Part shown: one piece after another, positions 23,797 to 32,000 of the stretch
Layout: each line of letters begins with the position of its first letter
How positions within the stretch are numbered: position 1 is the stretch's first letter
Source of the DNA: Cupriavidus necator
GTDB lineage: Bacteria; Pseudomonadota; Gammaproteobacteria; Burkholderiales; Burkholderiaceae
NCBI RefSeq assembly: GCF_016127575.1
Contig: NZ_CP066019.1
Coordinates: 150,001 to 182,000 of the forward strand
Direction: 5' to 3'
DNA length: 32,000 nt
Translations under genes and position numbers: made by a program
The notes under the pieces: model-generated
What the model was told of the DNA's origin: nothing
The model's input: only the letters and a program-made list of their open reading frames with translations
The model's database searches: none

Positions 23797-24135
23797 GGAC
23801 ACACTCCAGGATTGCTGCAAGGTGCGGCCGGGGGCGGGTATGCGCTCGCACTGGATTTTCAATGTATGGAATGTATTGCATCCAACGCAGAAATGCCATT
23901 CAGCGTTTTTTAATTCTGTCTGCCAGGAAATTTCCAAAATGACAAATTTAACGAATGTATGGCATCTGCTGGCGACGCCGGTGACGACATCGCTGAGGTG
24001 CTGCGCAAGGCCGGCATTGCGATACCATAGCGCCAGCCCCGCGAAGTGCGGCTACCGGCGCGTCCCGGTTCCGGGTCTGCCGCATCCGCTTCCAACCATT
24101 TTCCATCGCCCCCCGACGGGCCACTGCCCAGACGC

Positions 24136-24684
24136 ATGTCGACCCAGCACGCCTTGTTGATTTCCCTGATCGAAAAACCGTCGTCCGGTTATGACCTGGC
24201 GCGGCGCTTTGACCGTTCCATCGGCTATTTCTGGCATGCCACGCACCAGCAGATTTATCGCGAGCTGGGGCGGATGGCTGACAGTGGCTGGATTGCCGCG
24301 GATGAAACCGAGGCGGCGGAAGGCGAGGCCGGTGGCGGCGACCGCAAGAACCGCAAGAAGGTCTACCGGGTGTTGCCGGCCGGCCGTGAAGAACTGGCAC
24401 GCTGGGTGCTGACCCCCGGCGCCAGCCTGGATCAGCGCGAGGAAATCCTGGTCAAGCTGCGCGCCGATGCGGTGATCGGGCCGCTTGGCCTCGGTGACGA
24501 GATGCGTCGGCTGATCGCGCTGCATCGGGCCCGGCTGGAGACTTACCTGGCCATCGAGCGGCGCGATTTCTCGACGCCGGACATGGACCGCGCGCAACAG
24601 CTGCGCTATGCGCTGCTGCAGCGCGGCATCCGCTTCGAGCAGGACTGGGTGGCCTGGGGCGAGGAACTGCTGCCGCTGCTGTAG
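24136..24684 (+). CDS. PadR-family transcriptional regulator
   Basis: The start is trimmed to the ATG at 24136. MSTQHALLISLIEKPSSGYDLARRFDRSIGYFWHATHQQIYRELGRMADSGWI is the PadR wHTH signature, followed by a C-terminal dimerisation/effector extension. Confidence 0.8.
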   Translation: MSTQHALLISLIEKPSSGYDLARRFDRSIGYFWHATHQQIYRELGRMADSGWIAADETEAAEGEAGGGDRKNRKKVYRVLPAGREELARWVLTPGASLDQREEILVKLRADAVIGPLGLGDEMRRLIALHRARLETYLAIERRDFSTPDMDRAQQLRYALLQRGIRFEQDWVAWGEELLPLL

Positions 24685-24737
24685 CCGCGCCCGCTTGGGC
24701 GGCGGCTACGGCCTGCCAGGCCAGCTGACCGGCTGCG

Positions 24738-25733
24738 TCAGGCCAGGTCGACGGCGCGCGTGCCGGCCTGCTTGGCCTCGCCCAAGCCCAGCCGGCGGCG
24801 TGCCAGCGCATATTCCTCGGCAAAGCGCCGCACCAGCTCGCCTGCGGGCACCACGCGCTTGATTGCGCCCACGCCCTGGCCGGCGCCCCAGATGTCCTTC
24901 CACGCTTTGACGCTGGTGGAGCCGAAATTCATCTTCGACGGATCCGATTCGGGCAGCGCGTTCGGGTCCAGGCCGGCGCGCTCGATGCTGCCGCGCAGGT
25001 AGTTGCCGTGCACGCCGGTGAACAGGTTGGAGTAGACGATGTCGTTGGCGGTGCTGTCGACGATCATCTGCTTGTAGCCGTCCTGTGCGTTGGCTTCCTG
25101 CGTGGCGATAAAGGCCGAGCCGATATAGGCCAGGTCGGCGCCGGCGGCCTGCGCGGCCAGGATGGCGTCGCCGCTGGAGATCGAGCCCGACAGCAGCAGC
25201 GGGCCGTCGAACCATTCGCGGATCTCGTGCAGCAGCGCGAACGGCGACAGCGTGCCGGCATGGCCGCCGGCCCCGGCGGCAACCGCCACCAGTCCGTCCG
25301 CACCCTTCTCGATGGCCTTGCGCGCGAAGGTGTTGTTGATCACGTCGTGCAGCACGATGCCGCCGTACGAGTGCACTGCGTCGTTGACTTCCTTGCGCGC
25401 GCCCAGCGAGGTGATCACGATCGGCACCTTGTAGCGCACGCACAGCTCCAGGTCATGTTCAAGCCGGTCGTTGGACTTGTGCACGATCTGGTTGACGGCG
25501 AAAGGTGCCGACGGGCGGTCCGGGTGCCTGGCGTCGTGTTCGGCCAGCTCGGTGGTGATGCGGTCCAGCCATTCTTCCAGCTTGGGTGCCGGGCGCGCAT
25601 TCAGCGCGGGGAACGAGCCCACCACGCCGGCCTTGCACTGGGCGATGACCAGGTCGGGGTTGGAGATGATGAACAGCGGCGAGCAGACCACCGGCAGCGA
25701 CAGCCGGTTCTGGAGTTGGGCGGGAAGGGCCAT
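24738..25733 (-). CDS. nitronate monooxygenase (2-nitropropane dioxygenase/NMO) family FMN enzyme
   Basis: 331 aa. AGGAGA before the ATG at 25733. LSLPVVCSPLFIISNPDLVIAQCKAGVVGSFPALN ... VAAGAGGHAG ... IGSAFIAT are NMO/FabK-like TIM-barrel motifs. Confidence 0.85.
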   Translation of the reverse strand: MALPAQLQNRLSLPVVCSPLFIISNPDLVIAQCKAGVVGSFPALNARPAPKLEEWLDRITTELAEHDARHPDRPSAPFAVNQIVHKSNDRLEHDLELCVRYKVPIVITSLGARKEVNDAVHSYGGIVLHDVINNTFARKAIEKGADGLVAVAAGAGGHAGTLSPFALLHEIREWFDGPLLLSGSISSGDAILAAQAAGADLAYIGSAFIATQEANAQDGYKQMIVDSTANDIVYSNLFTGVHGNYLRGSIERAGLDPNALPESDPSKMNFGSTSVKAWKDIWGAGQGVGAIKRVVPAGELVRRFAEEYALARRRLGLGEAKQAGTRAVDLA

Positions 25734-25794
25734 GGGTGAAGTCTCCTGGGTATTTCGGTAAGGCGAAAAAGCGGTGCTGCGAAACAGGGTTGCG

Positions 25795-26229
25795 TCAGGC
25801 CGCGCCGGTCAGCACGTCCTTCTGGCTGGCCAGGCGCGCGCCCATGGCGGCGGCCAGCGCCTCCAGGCCCGAGCGCGGGCGCACCATGACTTCGAACTCG
25901 GCAATGCGGCCGGCGTCGTCGAAGCGGATCATGTCGATGCCCTTGAGCGCCTTGCCGTCCACGGCCGCGCTGAATTCCAGCACCACGCTGTGGCCGTCCT
26001 CGCTGACAAAGCTGCGGTGGTAGCGGAAGTCCTGGAACACCTGGTTCACCGTGGTCAGCACCAGCCCAATCGCGGCGCGGCCGGGATAGGGGGTGTGCGC
26101 GACCGGCGAGCGGAACACCACCTCATCGGCCACGATGGCGTCGAGCCCGGCCATCGAACCGTTGGCCAGCATCTGGTGCCAGGCTTCAAGTGAGGCCTGT
26201 GCGGCGGGAATCAGGTTGGTGGTGGTCAC
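25795..26229 (-). CDS. NTF2-like (SnoaL-type) small protein
   Basis: I prefer the GTG at 26229, which has AGGAGA 5 nt upstream. 144 aa. The pattern ...LEAWHQMLANGSMAGLDAIVADEVVFRSPV...FEV is typical of SnoaL/NTF2-like folds. It lies upstream of, and on the same strand as, the NMO gene. Confidence 0.65.
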   Translation of the reverse strand: MTTTNLIPAAQASLEAWHQMLANGSMAGLDAIVADEVVFRSPVAHTPYPGRAAIGLVLTTVNQVFQDFRYHRSFVSEDGHSVVLEFSAAVDGKALKGIDMIRFDDAGRIAEFEVMVRPRSGLEALAAAMGARLASQKDVLTGAA

Positions 26230-26279
26230 TTCGGTCTCCTTGGCTGGCGTCAGTGCGCGGCGTCTTGTTGCGGGGGTTT

Positions 26280-26297
26280 TATGCAACCAGTTGCATA
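26280..26297. promoter_or_regulatory. 18-bp palindrome TATGCAAC-CA-GTTGCATA (candidate operator)
   Basis: Perfect 8-bp arms with a 2-nt centre, 51-68 nt upstream of the NTF2-like gene start, in the divergent spacer toward the recombinase-like gene. Confidence 0.4.
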
Positions 26298-26438
26298 GTG
26301 AATGGAAAGGTAGCATGCGCCGGGGCACCGTGCAAGCGATGCGGGGGCCAATGGTGCCGGCGCCCCGCCGCGCAGTGACGGGTTGTCTACAATAGGCGGG
26401 ATCCCAACCCCGCACGCCGGCCCCCGGCAGGAGAGTCA

Positions 26439-27461
26439 GTGACCACTAAGCCCTCCGCTGCCCATCCTGAACAGGCGGCCTTGTTCGATGCCGACCTGGC
26501 CGCCTGGCGCGACCATCCGGAGCGCGCGTTCGACGGCTGGCTGGCACGGCATGGCTTCCGGCACGGCACCAGCGTGGTGTACCGCGCCATGTGGGGCAAG
26601 CTGCTGCGCTGGTCGGCCGAGCGCGGGCTGCCGCCGCTGAGCTGGTCGGCGGAGCAGATCGGTGAGTTCCTGGACGCGCAGCAGCTGCACAAATCGCACC
26701 GCTATCGCTATACGCGGCTGATCGAACGGGTGTTCCATCACCTGGCGCGGCTGCGCGAGGGCATGCACAACCCGGCCAGCCAGGCGGTGCGCGCCCATCT
26801 CGCCGACGGCGAGAACGATCCCACCGCGTTCCTGCTGCCGGGCGAGCGCGACCTGCTGGTGGCGCGGATACTTGGCCCGGCCGGCATGCCGGCCGGCGAC
26901 ACGCGCACCGCGGCATCGCCCACCCAATGGAAGCGCGCCCGCGATGTGGCCCTGCTGGCGGTGCTGCTCGGCGGCGGCCTGAAGGTAGGCGAAGCGCGGG
27001 CGCTGCGGGTCGATGCCATCGAAGCCGGCGCCCCCGGCCGGATGGCGCTGCGCATGGTCCGCGCGGACAACGGCCGAGCCTATACCGTGCCGCTGTTCAG
27101 CCTGGCCCATGCGCCGCTACGGGCCTGGCTGGCATTGCGCGAAGCCTCCGGCACGCTTGGCGGCCTGGTGTTTCCCGCCATGCCGGCGGGCCGGCCGATG
27201 CATGCCGCCTCGGTCTACCGGCGCGTGGAGATCCTGCTGGACGAGGCCGGCGTGCTGGCCGGGCGCAGCGAACGCGCGTCGCCGCAGACGCTGCGCAATA
27301 CCTGCGCCGCCATGCATTTCGAGGCCGGCACGGCGCCGGCCGAGGTGGCGCAATGCCTGGGCATGCGCGACCCGGAGTCCGGCTGGCGGCTGCGCGCCGC
27401 CTATGAGGCCTGGCAGGCGCGGGCGGGGCTGGTGGCGGAAGTGCCGGGAAGCCGGGTCTAG
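26439..27461 (+). CDS. tyrosine-recombinase (phage integrase) family-like protein with degenerate catalytic residues
   Basis: GTG start with AGGAGA upstream. N-terminal core-binding-like region. The C-terminal region aligns by eye to Xer boxes: ARDVALLAVLLGGGLKVGEARAL (box I) and SPQTLRNTCAAMHFEAG...CLGM...AAY (box II). Confidence 0.68.
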   Translation: MTTKPSAAHPEQAALFDADLAAWRDHPERAFDGWLARHGFRHGTSVVYRAMWGKLLRWSAERGLPPLSWSAEQIGEFLDAQQLHKSHRYRYTRLIERVFHHLARLREGMHNPASQAVRAHLADGENDPTAFLLPGERDLLVARILGPAGMPAGDTRTAASPTQWKRARDVALLAVLLGGGLKVGEARALRVDAIEAGAPGRMALRMVRADNGRAYTVPLFSLAHAPLRAWLALREASGTLGGLVFPAMPAGRPMHAASVYRRVEILLDEAGVLAGRSERASPQTLRNTCAAMHFEAGTAPAEVAQCLGMRDPESGWRLRAAYEAWQARAGLVAEVPGSRV

Positions 27462-27616
27462 CCCCGCGCGCCGGGCCGGCTGCCCTGGGCGCATCGGCAG
27501 ATCGTGGATAATAAGCAGCTTCGCCGGCCTACGCGGCGGAAAGAGGTGCTTGCGCCACGTTTTGAATCCGCCAGGCCAAGGCCCGGCCCTGAATCGAATT
27601 CCGACACCGATTTTCC

Positions 27617-28636
27617 ATGCCTGAAACCTTGCTCCTGACCGGTGCCACCGGCTATATCGCCTCGCATACCTGGGTTGCACTGCTCAATGCCGGCTACCAC
27701 GTGATCGGCCTGGATAATCTTTGCAACAGCAGCCCGGTGGTGCTGGAGCGGCTCGCCACCATTACCGGCAAGACCCCGCATTTTGTGCAGGGCGACGTGC
27801 GCGACCGCGCATTGCTGGACCGGCTCTTTACCGAACACCGCATCAGCGGGGTGATTCATTTTGCCGCACTCAAGGCAGTGGGCGAATCGGTGAGCCAGCC
27901 GCTGGAGTATTACAGCAACAACCTGGGCGGGCTGCTGACGGTATGCGCGGCAATGGGCGCGGCCGGGGTGAAACAGCTGGTGTTCAGTTCTTCGGCCACG
28001 GTTTATGGCAATCCCCATGCGGTGCCGATCCTGGAGGATTTCCCGCTGTCGGCCACCAACCCGTATGGCCAGACCAAGCTGATGGGCGAGCAAATCCTGC
28101 GCGACCTGGAAACATCGGATCCGGACTGGCGCATTGCCTACCTGCGTTATTTCAATCCGGTCGGCGCGCATGAAAGCGGGCTGATTGGCGAGGATCCGCG
28201 CGGTATCCCGAACAACCTGATGCCGTATGTGGCGCAGGTGGCCGGCGGGCGCCGTGAAAAGCTGATGGTATTCGGCGGTGACTACCCGACGCCGGACGGC
28301 ACCGGCGTGCGCGACTATATCCACGTCTGCGACCTGGCGGACGGCCACCTGGCGGCGCTGGGTTACCTGCGCGCGCAGGGCAAGAGCATGACCGTGAACC
28401 TGGGAACGGGCCGCGGCTACAGCGTGCTGGAAGTGGTGCAGGCCTACCAGCGTGCCAGCGGCAAGCCGGTGCCGCATGAGATCGTGGCGCGGCGCCCGGG
28501 CGACATCGCCTCGTGCTACGCCGATCCCGCGCTGGCCAACCAGCTGCTGGGCTGGCGCGCGCGCCATGACATCGACCGCATGTGCCAGGACTCATGGCGC
28601 TGGCAGTCGATGAATCCGCAGGGGTTTGACGCCTGA
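27617..28636 (+). CDS. galE: UDP-glucose 4-epimerase
   Basis: 339 aa. LLLTGATGYIASHT (GxxGxxG), SSSATVYG, catalytic YGQTK (YxxxK), NLMPYVAQVA, DYIHVCDLADGH. A classic GalE. Confidence 0.92.
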   Translation: MPETLLLTGATGYIASHTWVALLNAGYHVIGLDNLCNSSPVVLERLATITGKTPHFVQGDVRDRALLDRLFTEHRISGVIHFAALKAVGESVSQPLEYYSNNLGGLLTVCAAMGAAGVKQLVFSSSATVYGNPHAVPILEDFPLSATNPYGQTKLMGEQILRDLETSDPDWRIAYLRYFNPVGAHESGLIGEDPRGIPNNLMPYVAQVAGGRREKLMVFGGDYPTPDGTGVRDYIHVCDLADGHLAALGYLRAQGKSMTVNLGTGRGYSVLEVVQAYQRASGKPVPHEIVARRPGDIASCYADPALANQLLGWRARHDIDRMCQDSWRWQSMNPQGFDA

Positions 28637-28693
28637 CGCCCCGGGCAGGTGGCGCCGCAGTGTTGTGCAGGCGCCGCGGAAGACCAGAAAACA

Positions 28694-28724
28694 AAAACGC
28701 CACGGAATTCATCCGTGGCGTTTT
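28694..28724. terminator. bidirectional rho-independent terminator between galE and hns
   Basis: aaaacgccacgga-attca-tccgtggcgtttt stem-loop with T-runs on both strands, between convergent stops at 28636 and 28747. Confidence 0.65.
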
Positions 28725-28746
28725 ACCATCTGCCGGATCGCGGGTT

Positions 28747-29055
28747 TCAGCGGATCAGGAAGTCTTCAACTGCCTTGCCCTGGGCCAGGGCCTGGGTCAG
28801 CCAGCCCGGGCGCTTGCCGCGGCCCGTCCAGGTATTGCCGGCGCTGTCGCGATAGCGTACCGGCACCTTGCGGTTGACCGCCTTCTTGCCGGCCGGCACC
28901 TTTGCGCCAAAACCCAGGTCTTCCGCAGTCAGGCCATATTGCTCGATTTTCTCGCGAATATCCGCGATCACCGTGGCTTGTTCGCGTGCCTTGATTTCCT
29001 CGGCCTGCTTCTGCAGTTCACTGATTTTCTGAACGATTTCCTGATACGTCGCCAT
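28747..29055 (-). CDS. hns: H-NS family nucleoid-associated protein (BpH3-like)
   Basis: 102 aa. N-terminal coiled-coil MATYQEIVQKISELQKQAEEIKARE, and the C-terminal DNA-binding motif YRDSAGNTWTGRGKRPGWL. Confidence 0.88.
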   Translation of the reverse strand: MATYQEIVQKISELQKQAEEIKAREQATVIADIREKIEQYGLTAEDLGFGAKVPAGKKAVNRKVPVRYRDSAGNTWTGRGKRPGWLTQALAQGKAVEDFLIR

Positions 29056-29556
29056 TGGGTCCTCGGTTTCCGGTGGAGTGGAATGCGGTGGGTGTGTGCG
29101 GGGGTGAAAATGCTGAAAACAATTATAACGGGGTCGCCGCCCGCTGCAAATCCTGCCGGACTAATCGGATGCTGTTTTTGCGAAAATTCTTGGCGCCGAT
29201 AATTGTGTGAACTTTCGGTGTCGTGGTCTGTCACCGGCATTTCCGTCGTCGTCGGCCCGGCTGCAGTTCCGGCCGCAGTTCCGGGTTCAGGCCCGCAAAT
29301 GGTGCGGCCGTACGCAAACTGGCCCGGCGGCAGCCAGCCGCCGCCAAAATCAAATCGCCATAATCGGCCGCGGCAAGCCACGTGGCGTATATCCGACAGG
29401 CCGGTTATCGCCGATTAATTGCGCCCGCCACCGGCGCGGCGGCTCAAGTAACAGGAGGTCGCGCCGTTATCCGGGCAGGGCGGATCATCTGGGCGTCGAT
29501 CCTGCCGGAACGGGGTTGGGGGTGTGCCCCGCGGGTTGACACAGTCTTCTTTCATC

Positions 29557-31323
29557 ATGTCCTTCCACAACAATATCCAGATCAAGACCCTGCTACGGGG
29601 CGCCATGGGAATGCTGTCGCTGCTGCTGTTGCTGGTCGGCGGTGCCGGCCTGCACGGCATTTCACAAAGCAATGATGCCCTCAGGGAGACTTATGCCCAC
29701 CAGCTCGGCTCCACCGTCGCGCTCAGCGAGGCGATGCAGGCCACCACGCGCATGCGGCTGGCACTGGACCGCAACGTGATGCAGGGCGAGCAGGACGATC
29801 CCAAGGTTCACGTCGACCGCTCCAAAGTGTTCGTGGAGGCATCGGAGGCTGCCTGGAAGCGCTATATGAACCTGCCGCAGAATCCTGAGGAAAAGGCGCT
29901 CGCCACGGAGCTGGGCAAGCAGCGCCAGGCGTTCATGGAGCAGGGCGTGTTGCCGCTGCAGGCGGCTTCGCTCGCGGGCAACCAGGAAGAGGCCCTGCGG
30001 CTGGCGAAGAAGGTGCTGCCTGACCTGCAGCGCAGCATGTCGAGCGTGCACGAGAAGCTGCAGAAGTTCCAGATGACTGCCGGGCAGGCCAACTTCGATG
30101 CTGCGCAGGCCAGCTTTGCGCGTATCCGCATGCTGTCGGTCGTGCTGATCGTGCTGGGCCTGGCGGTCGCGGTGCTGTGCACGGTCACGCTGAACCGCGC
30201 CATCGTCGCGCCGGTGGCAGAGGCGCTGGCTGTGTTCGAGCGCATCGCCCGCGGCGACCTGACCTCGCGCATCGCCAGCGTCTCGAAGAACGAGATCGGC
30301 CGCATGATGCAGGCGCTGGCCGCGATGCAGGCCAGCCTGTCGGGCATCGTTGCCGAAGTGCGCACCGGCGCCGATTCGATGGCATCGGCCACGCAGCAGA
30401 TTTCCACCGGCAACCTGGACCTGTCGCAGCGCACCGAGGAACAGGCCTCGTCGCTGGAGCAGACCGCCGCCAGCATGGAAGAGCTGACCACGGTGGTGCG
30501 GCAGAATGCCGACAACGCGCGCCAGGCCGGCGTGCTGGCCAATGAGGCTTCGCAGATCGCGCTCAAGGGCGGCGACGTGGTGGGCCGCGTGGTCGACACC
30601 ATGAACGAGATCAACGGCGCCTCGCGCAAGGTGGTCGAGATCATCAGCGTGATCGAGGGCATTGCCTTCCAGACCAATATCCTGGCGCTCAATGCAGCGG
30701 TGGAAGCCGCGCGTGCCGGCGAGCAGGGCCGCGGCTTCGCGGTGGTGGCGGGCGAGGTGCGCAGCCTGGCGCAGCGCTCGGCCTCGGCCGCCAAGGAGAT
30801 CGAGGCGCTGATCGGCGAGTCGGGCCAGCGCGTGGAGAGCGGTACCCGGTTGGTGGCAGAAGCCGGCCAGACCATGGGCGAGATCGTCCAGGCCGTGCGC
30901 CGCGTGACTGACATCATGAACGAGATCGGCGCCGCGTCGCAGGAACAGACCAGCGGCATCGAGCAGGTCAACCAGGCGGTGACCCAGATGGACGAGGTGA
31001 CGCAGCAGAATGCCGCGCTGGTGGAAGAGGCCGCCGCCGCAGCCGGTGCGCTGGAAGAACAGGCGCAGAAGCTCAAGAACGTGGTCTCGGTGTTCAACCT
31101 TGGCACGGGTACGGGAGTAGGGGCAGGCACGGCCGCGACGGCTGTCGCTGGCAGCACCGCACGCACCATGTCGGTGCGGCCGGCGGCAGCCGCGGCGCAT
31201 TCGGCAACCGCGGCGCCGCGTGCCGTTGCTGCCCGCCCGGCCGCGGCGCTTCCGGCAAGCCGTCCGGCGGCGAGGCCCGTGCTGGCCGTTGCCGGGGCCG
31301 ATGATGACTGGAGCGCGTTCTAA
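29557..31323 (+). CDS. methyl-accepting chemotaxis protein (4-helix-bundle sensor, HAMP, MA domain)
   Basis: I prefer the ATG at 29557 ([29 protein letters not shown] = TM1). Second [21 protein letters not shown], a HAMP domain, and the highly conserved signalling hairpin [47 protein letters not shown]. The C-terminus is ...DDDWSAF. Confidence 0.9.
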   Translation: MSFHNNIQIKTLLRGAMGMLSLLLLLVGGAGLHGISQSNDALRETYAHQLGSTVALSEAMQATTRMRLALDRNVMQGEQDDPKVHVDRSKVFVEASEAAWKRYMNLPQNPEEKALATELGKQRQAFMEQGVLPLQAASLAGNQEEALRLAKKVLPDLQRSMSSVHEKLQKFQMTAGQANFDAAQASFARIRMLSVVLIVLGLAVAVLCTVTLNRAIVAPVAEALAVFERIARGDLTSRIASVSKNEIGRMMQALAAMQASLSGIVAEVRTGADSMASATQQISTGNLDLSQRTEEQASSLEQTAASMEELTTVVRQNADNARQAGVLANEASQIALKGGDVVGRVVDTMNEINGASRKVVEIISVIEGIAFQTNILALNAAVEAARAGEQGRGFAVVAGEVRSLAQRSASAAKEIEALIGESGQRVESGTRLVAEAGQTMGEIVQAVRRVTDIMNEIGAASQEQTSGIEQVNQAVTQMDEVTQQNAALVEEAAAAAGALEEQAQKLKNVVSVFNLGTGTGVGAGTAATAVAGSTARTMSVRPAAAAAHSATAAPRAVAARPAAALPASRPAARPVLAVAGADDDWSAF

Positions 31324-31436
31324 ACCACTGTCCCCACCATTGCCCTGTTCACACGGCGACCGCAAGATGCCATGATGCGGGGTTTGCCCCGCGTCCTGAC
31401 CTTCTTCGCGCATTCTCTTCATCATCGCGCAGCCCA

Positions 31437-32000
31437 ATGATTGCCCTGAGTTCCATCCTGTTGCTGCTGGCTGCCCTGCTGGGCGTGGCCGCCGCCCTCG
31501 GCGTTCGCGCCGGGCGTGCGGACCAGTCAGCCGGTGGCCGCTCGCTGCGCATGCTGACCTGGTCGGCGGCACTGTTATCGCAGCTGAGCGTAAGCCTGCC
31601 CGTACTGGTGGTGATGCTGTCGGGCAGCGTGCCGGCGGCCAACGACACGGCACAGATGGCGGCCAGCTTCGCCGCCGCCGCAGCAGCCACCGCGGCTGCC
31701 AAGCTGCTGGTGCAGTGGCTGCGCCAGGGCACGCGGCTGTGGCGCGGTGCGGCGCTCATGGCGGTCGTCGCTGGCGCCGGGCTGGTGGCCGCGGCCGGCA
31801 CCCACCTGGGCCGCGCCTGTGGCGCGGGCTCGGTCTCGGCGCGCGCCTGCATCGATGCAGCCGGCCTGCCGCACCCCGCCTGGCTGGCGGGCGGGCTGAC
31901 CGCGCTGTGCGCGCTGATGTTCGCCGTCCACCGCGCGCAGTCGCGTGGCTTGCTGGCTGCGCACCACGAAGCCGGCCTGGCCGATGAGCTGGTGGACGAG
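31437..32000 (+). CDS. membrane protein N-terminus, 3'-truncated by window edge (not in the supplied ORF track)
   Basis: My own translation from the ATG at 31437 reads MIALSSILLLLAALLGVAAALGVRAG... It stays open for 188 codons to the window end, has strong G/C third-position bias, and contains several hydrophobic stretches. Function unknown. Confidence 0.45.
   Translation, partial: MIALSSILLLLAALLGVAAALGVRAGRADQSAGGRSLRMLTWSAALLSQLSVSLPVLVVMLSGSVPAANDTAQMAASFAAAAAATAAAKLLVQWLRQGTRLWRGAALMAVVAGAGLVAAAGTHLGRACGAGSVSARACIDAAGLPHPAWLAGGLTALCALMFAVHRAQSRGLLAAHHEAGLADELVDE

Noticed and set aside
23504-23899. Alternative 131-aa minus-strand ORF overlapping the 75-aa small ORF in another frame.
   Set aside because: It is Arg/Pro/Ala-rich and would run through the terminator hairpin at 23477-23504. 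The 23569-23796 frame has better third-position G/C bias and a GGAG before its ATG.
26439-27461. Recombinase-like gene as a marker of an integrated prophage or genomic island.
   Set aside because: There is no adjacent tRNA, no direct-repeat att candidates that I could find, and no phage or transposon genes. Composition is indistinguishable from the neighbours, and the catalytic residues look degenerate.
29203-29675. Small plus-strand ORFs (29203-29418, 29207-29539, 29382-29675) and minus-strand ORF 28968-29381 in the hns-MCP spacer.
   Set aside because: No Shine-Dalgarno sequences, Arg/Pro/Gly-rich translations and overlapping frames. These look like non-coding DNA.
27458-31653. ORFs 27458-28567 (-) and 29662-31653 (-), antisense to galE and the MCP gene.
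   Set aside because: galE and the MCP signalling domain are unambiguous on the plus strand.
1-32000. Search for CRISPR arrays, tRNA/rRNA genes, IS elements, long direct repeats or toxin-antitoxin/defence-type gene pairs.
   Set aside because: I found no regularly spaced repeats, no cloverleaf-like or rRNA-like segments in the intergenic regions, and no transposase or terminal inverted repeats. The only repeated genes are diverged paralogues (three Bug, two related LysR). This was a by-eye scan, not a computational one.

Overview
High-GC chromosomal segment (codon third positions almost always G/C). Gene content points to a Cupriavidus/Ralstonia-type betaproteobacterium: three Bug/TctC-family periplasmic binding proteins, a BpH3-type H-NS and a CCCTCTCCC/GGGAGAGGG REP-like palindrome. 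I call 32 protein-coding genes (one open at each window edge). I found no rRNA, tRNA, CRISPR array, transposase or IS end, so this is mostly catabolic and regulatory DNA, not an obvious mobile island. In order: (1) the lower beta-ketoadipate pathway pcaI-pcaJ-pcaF, then an SDR and a Bug binding protein. (2) A tricarballylate locus on the minus strand (LysR regulator, tcuA, tcuB) with no tcuC permease, bracketed by two Bug binding-protein genes. (3) A stand-alone FIST sensor protein converging on, and overlapping, a eukaryote-type squalene-synthase-like gene that sits downstream of a dienelactone-hydrolase-like gene, with a divergent SixA-like phosphatase. (4) The most interesting block, 14.2-21.2 kb: two paralogous LysR regulators plus two operons. 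One operon encodes a DapA-family enzyme and an alpha-ketoglutarate-semialdehyde dehydrogenase. The other encodes a Bug binding protein, a PdxA-family dehydrogenase with no partner kinase, and a rhamnonate-dehydratase-like enolase-superfamily enzyme. I read this as a candidate uncharacterised carboxylate/acid-sugar route to 2-oxoglutarate. (5) A patch of small orphan ORFs, a GNAT, a lipoprotein alpha/beta-hydrolase, PadR, and a nitronate monooxygenase with an NTF2-like protein. (6) A tyrosine-recombinase-like gene whose catalytic residues look degenerate, then galE, hns, an MCP ending in a DWSAF pentapeptide, and a 3'-truncated membrane-protein ORF. Several strong intergenic hairpins and palindromes are listed as candidate operators or terminators. 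All functional calls come from reading the translations and motifs by eye. No database search was run.
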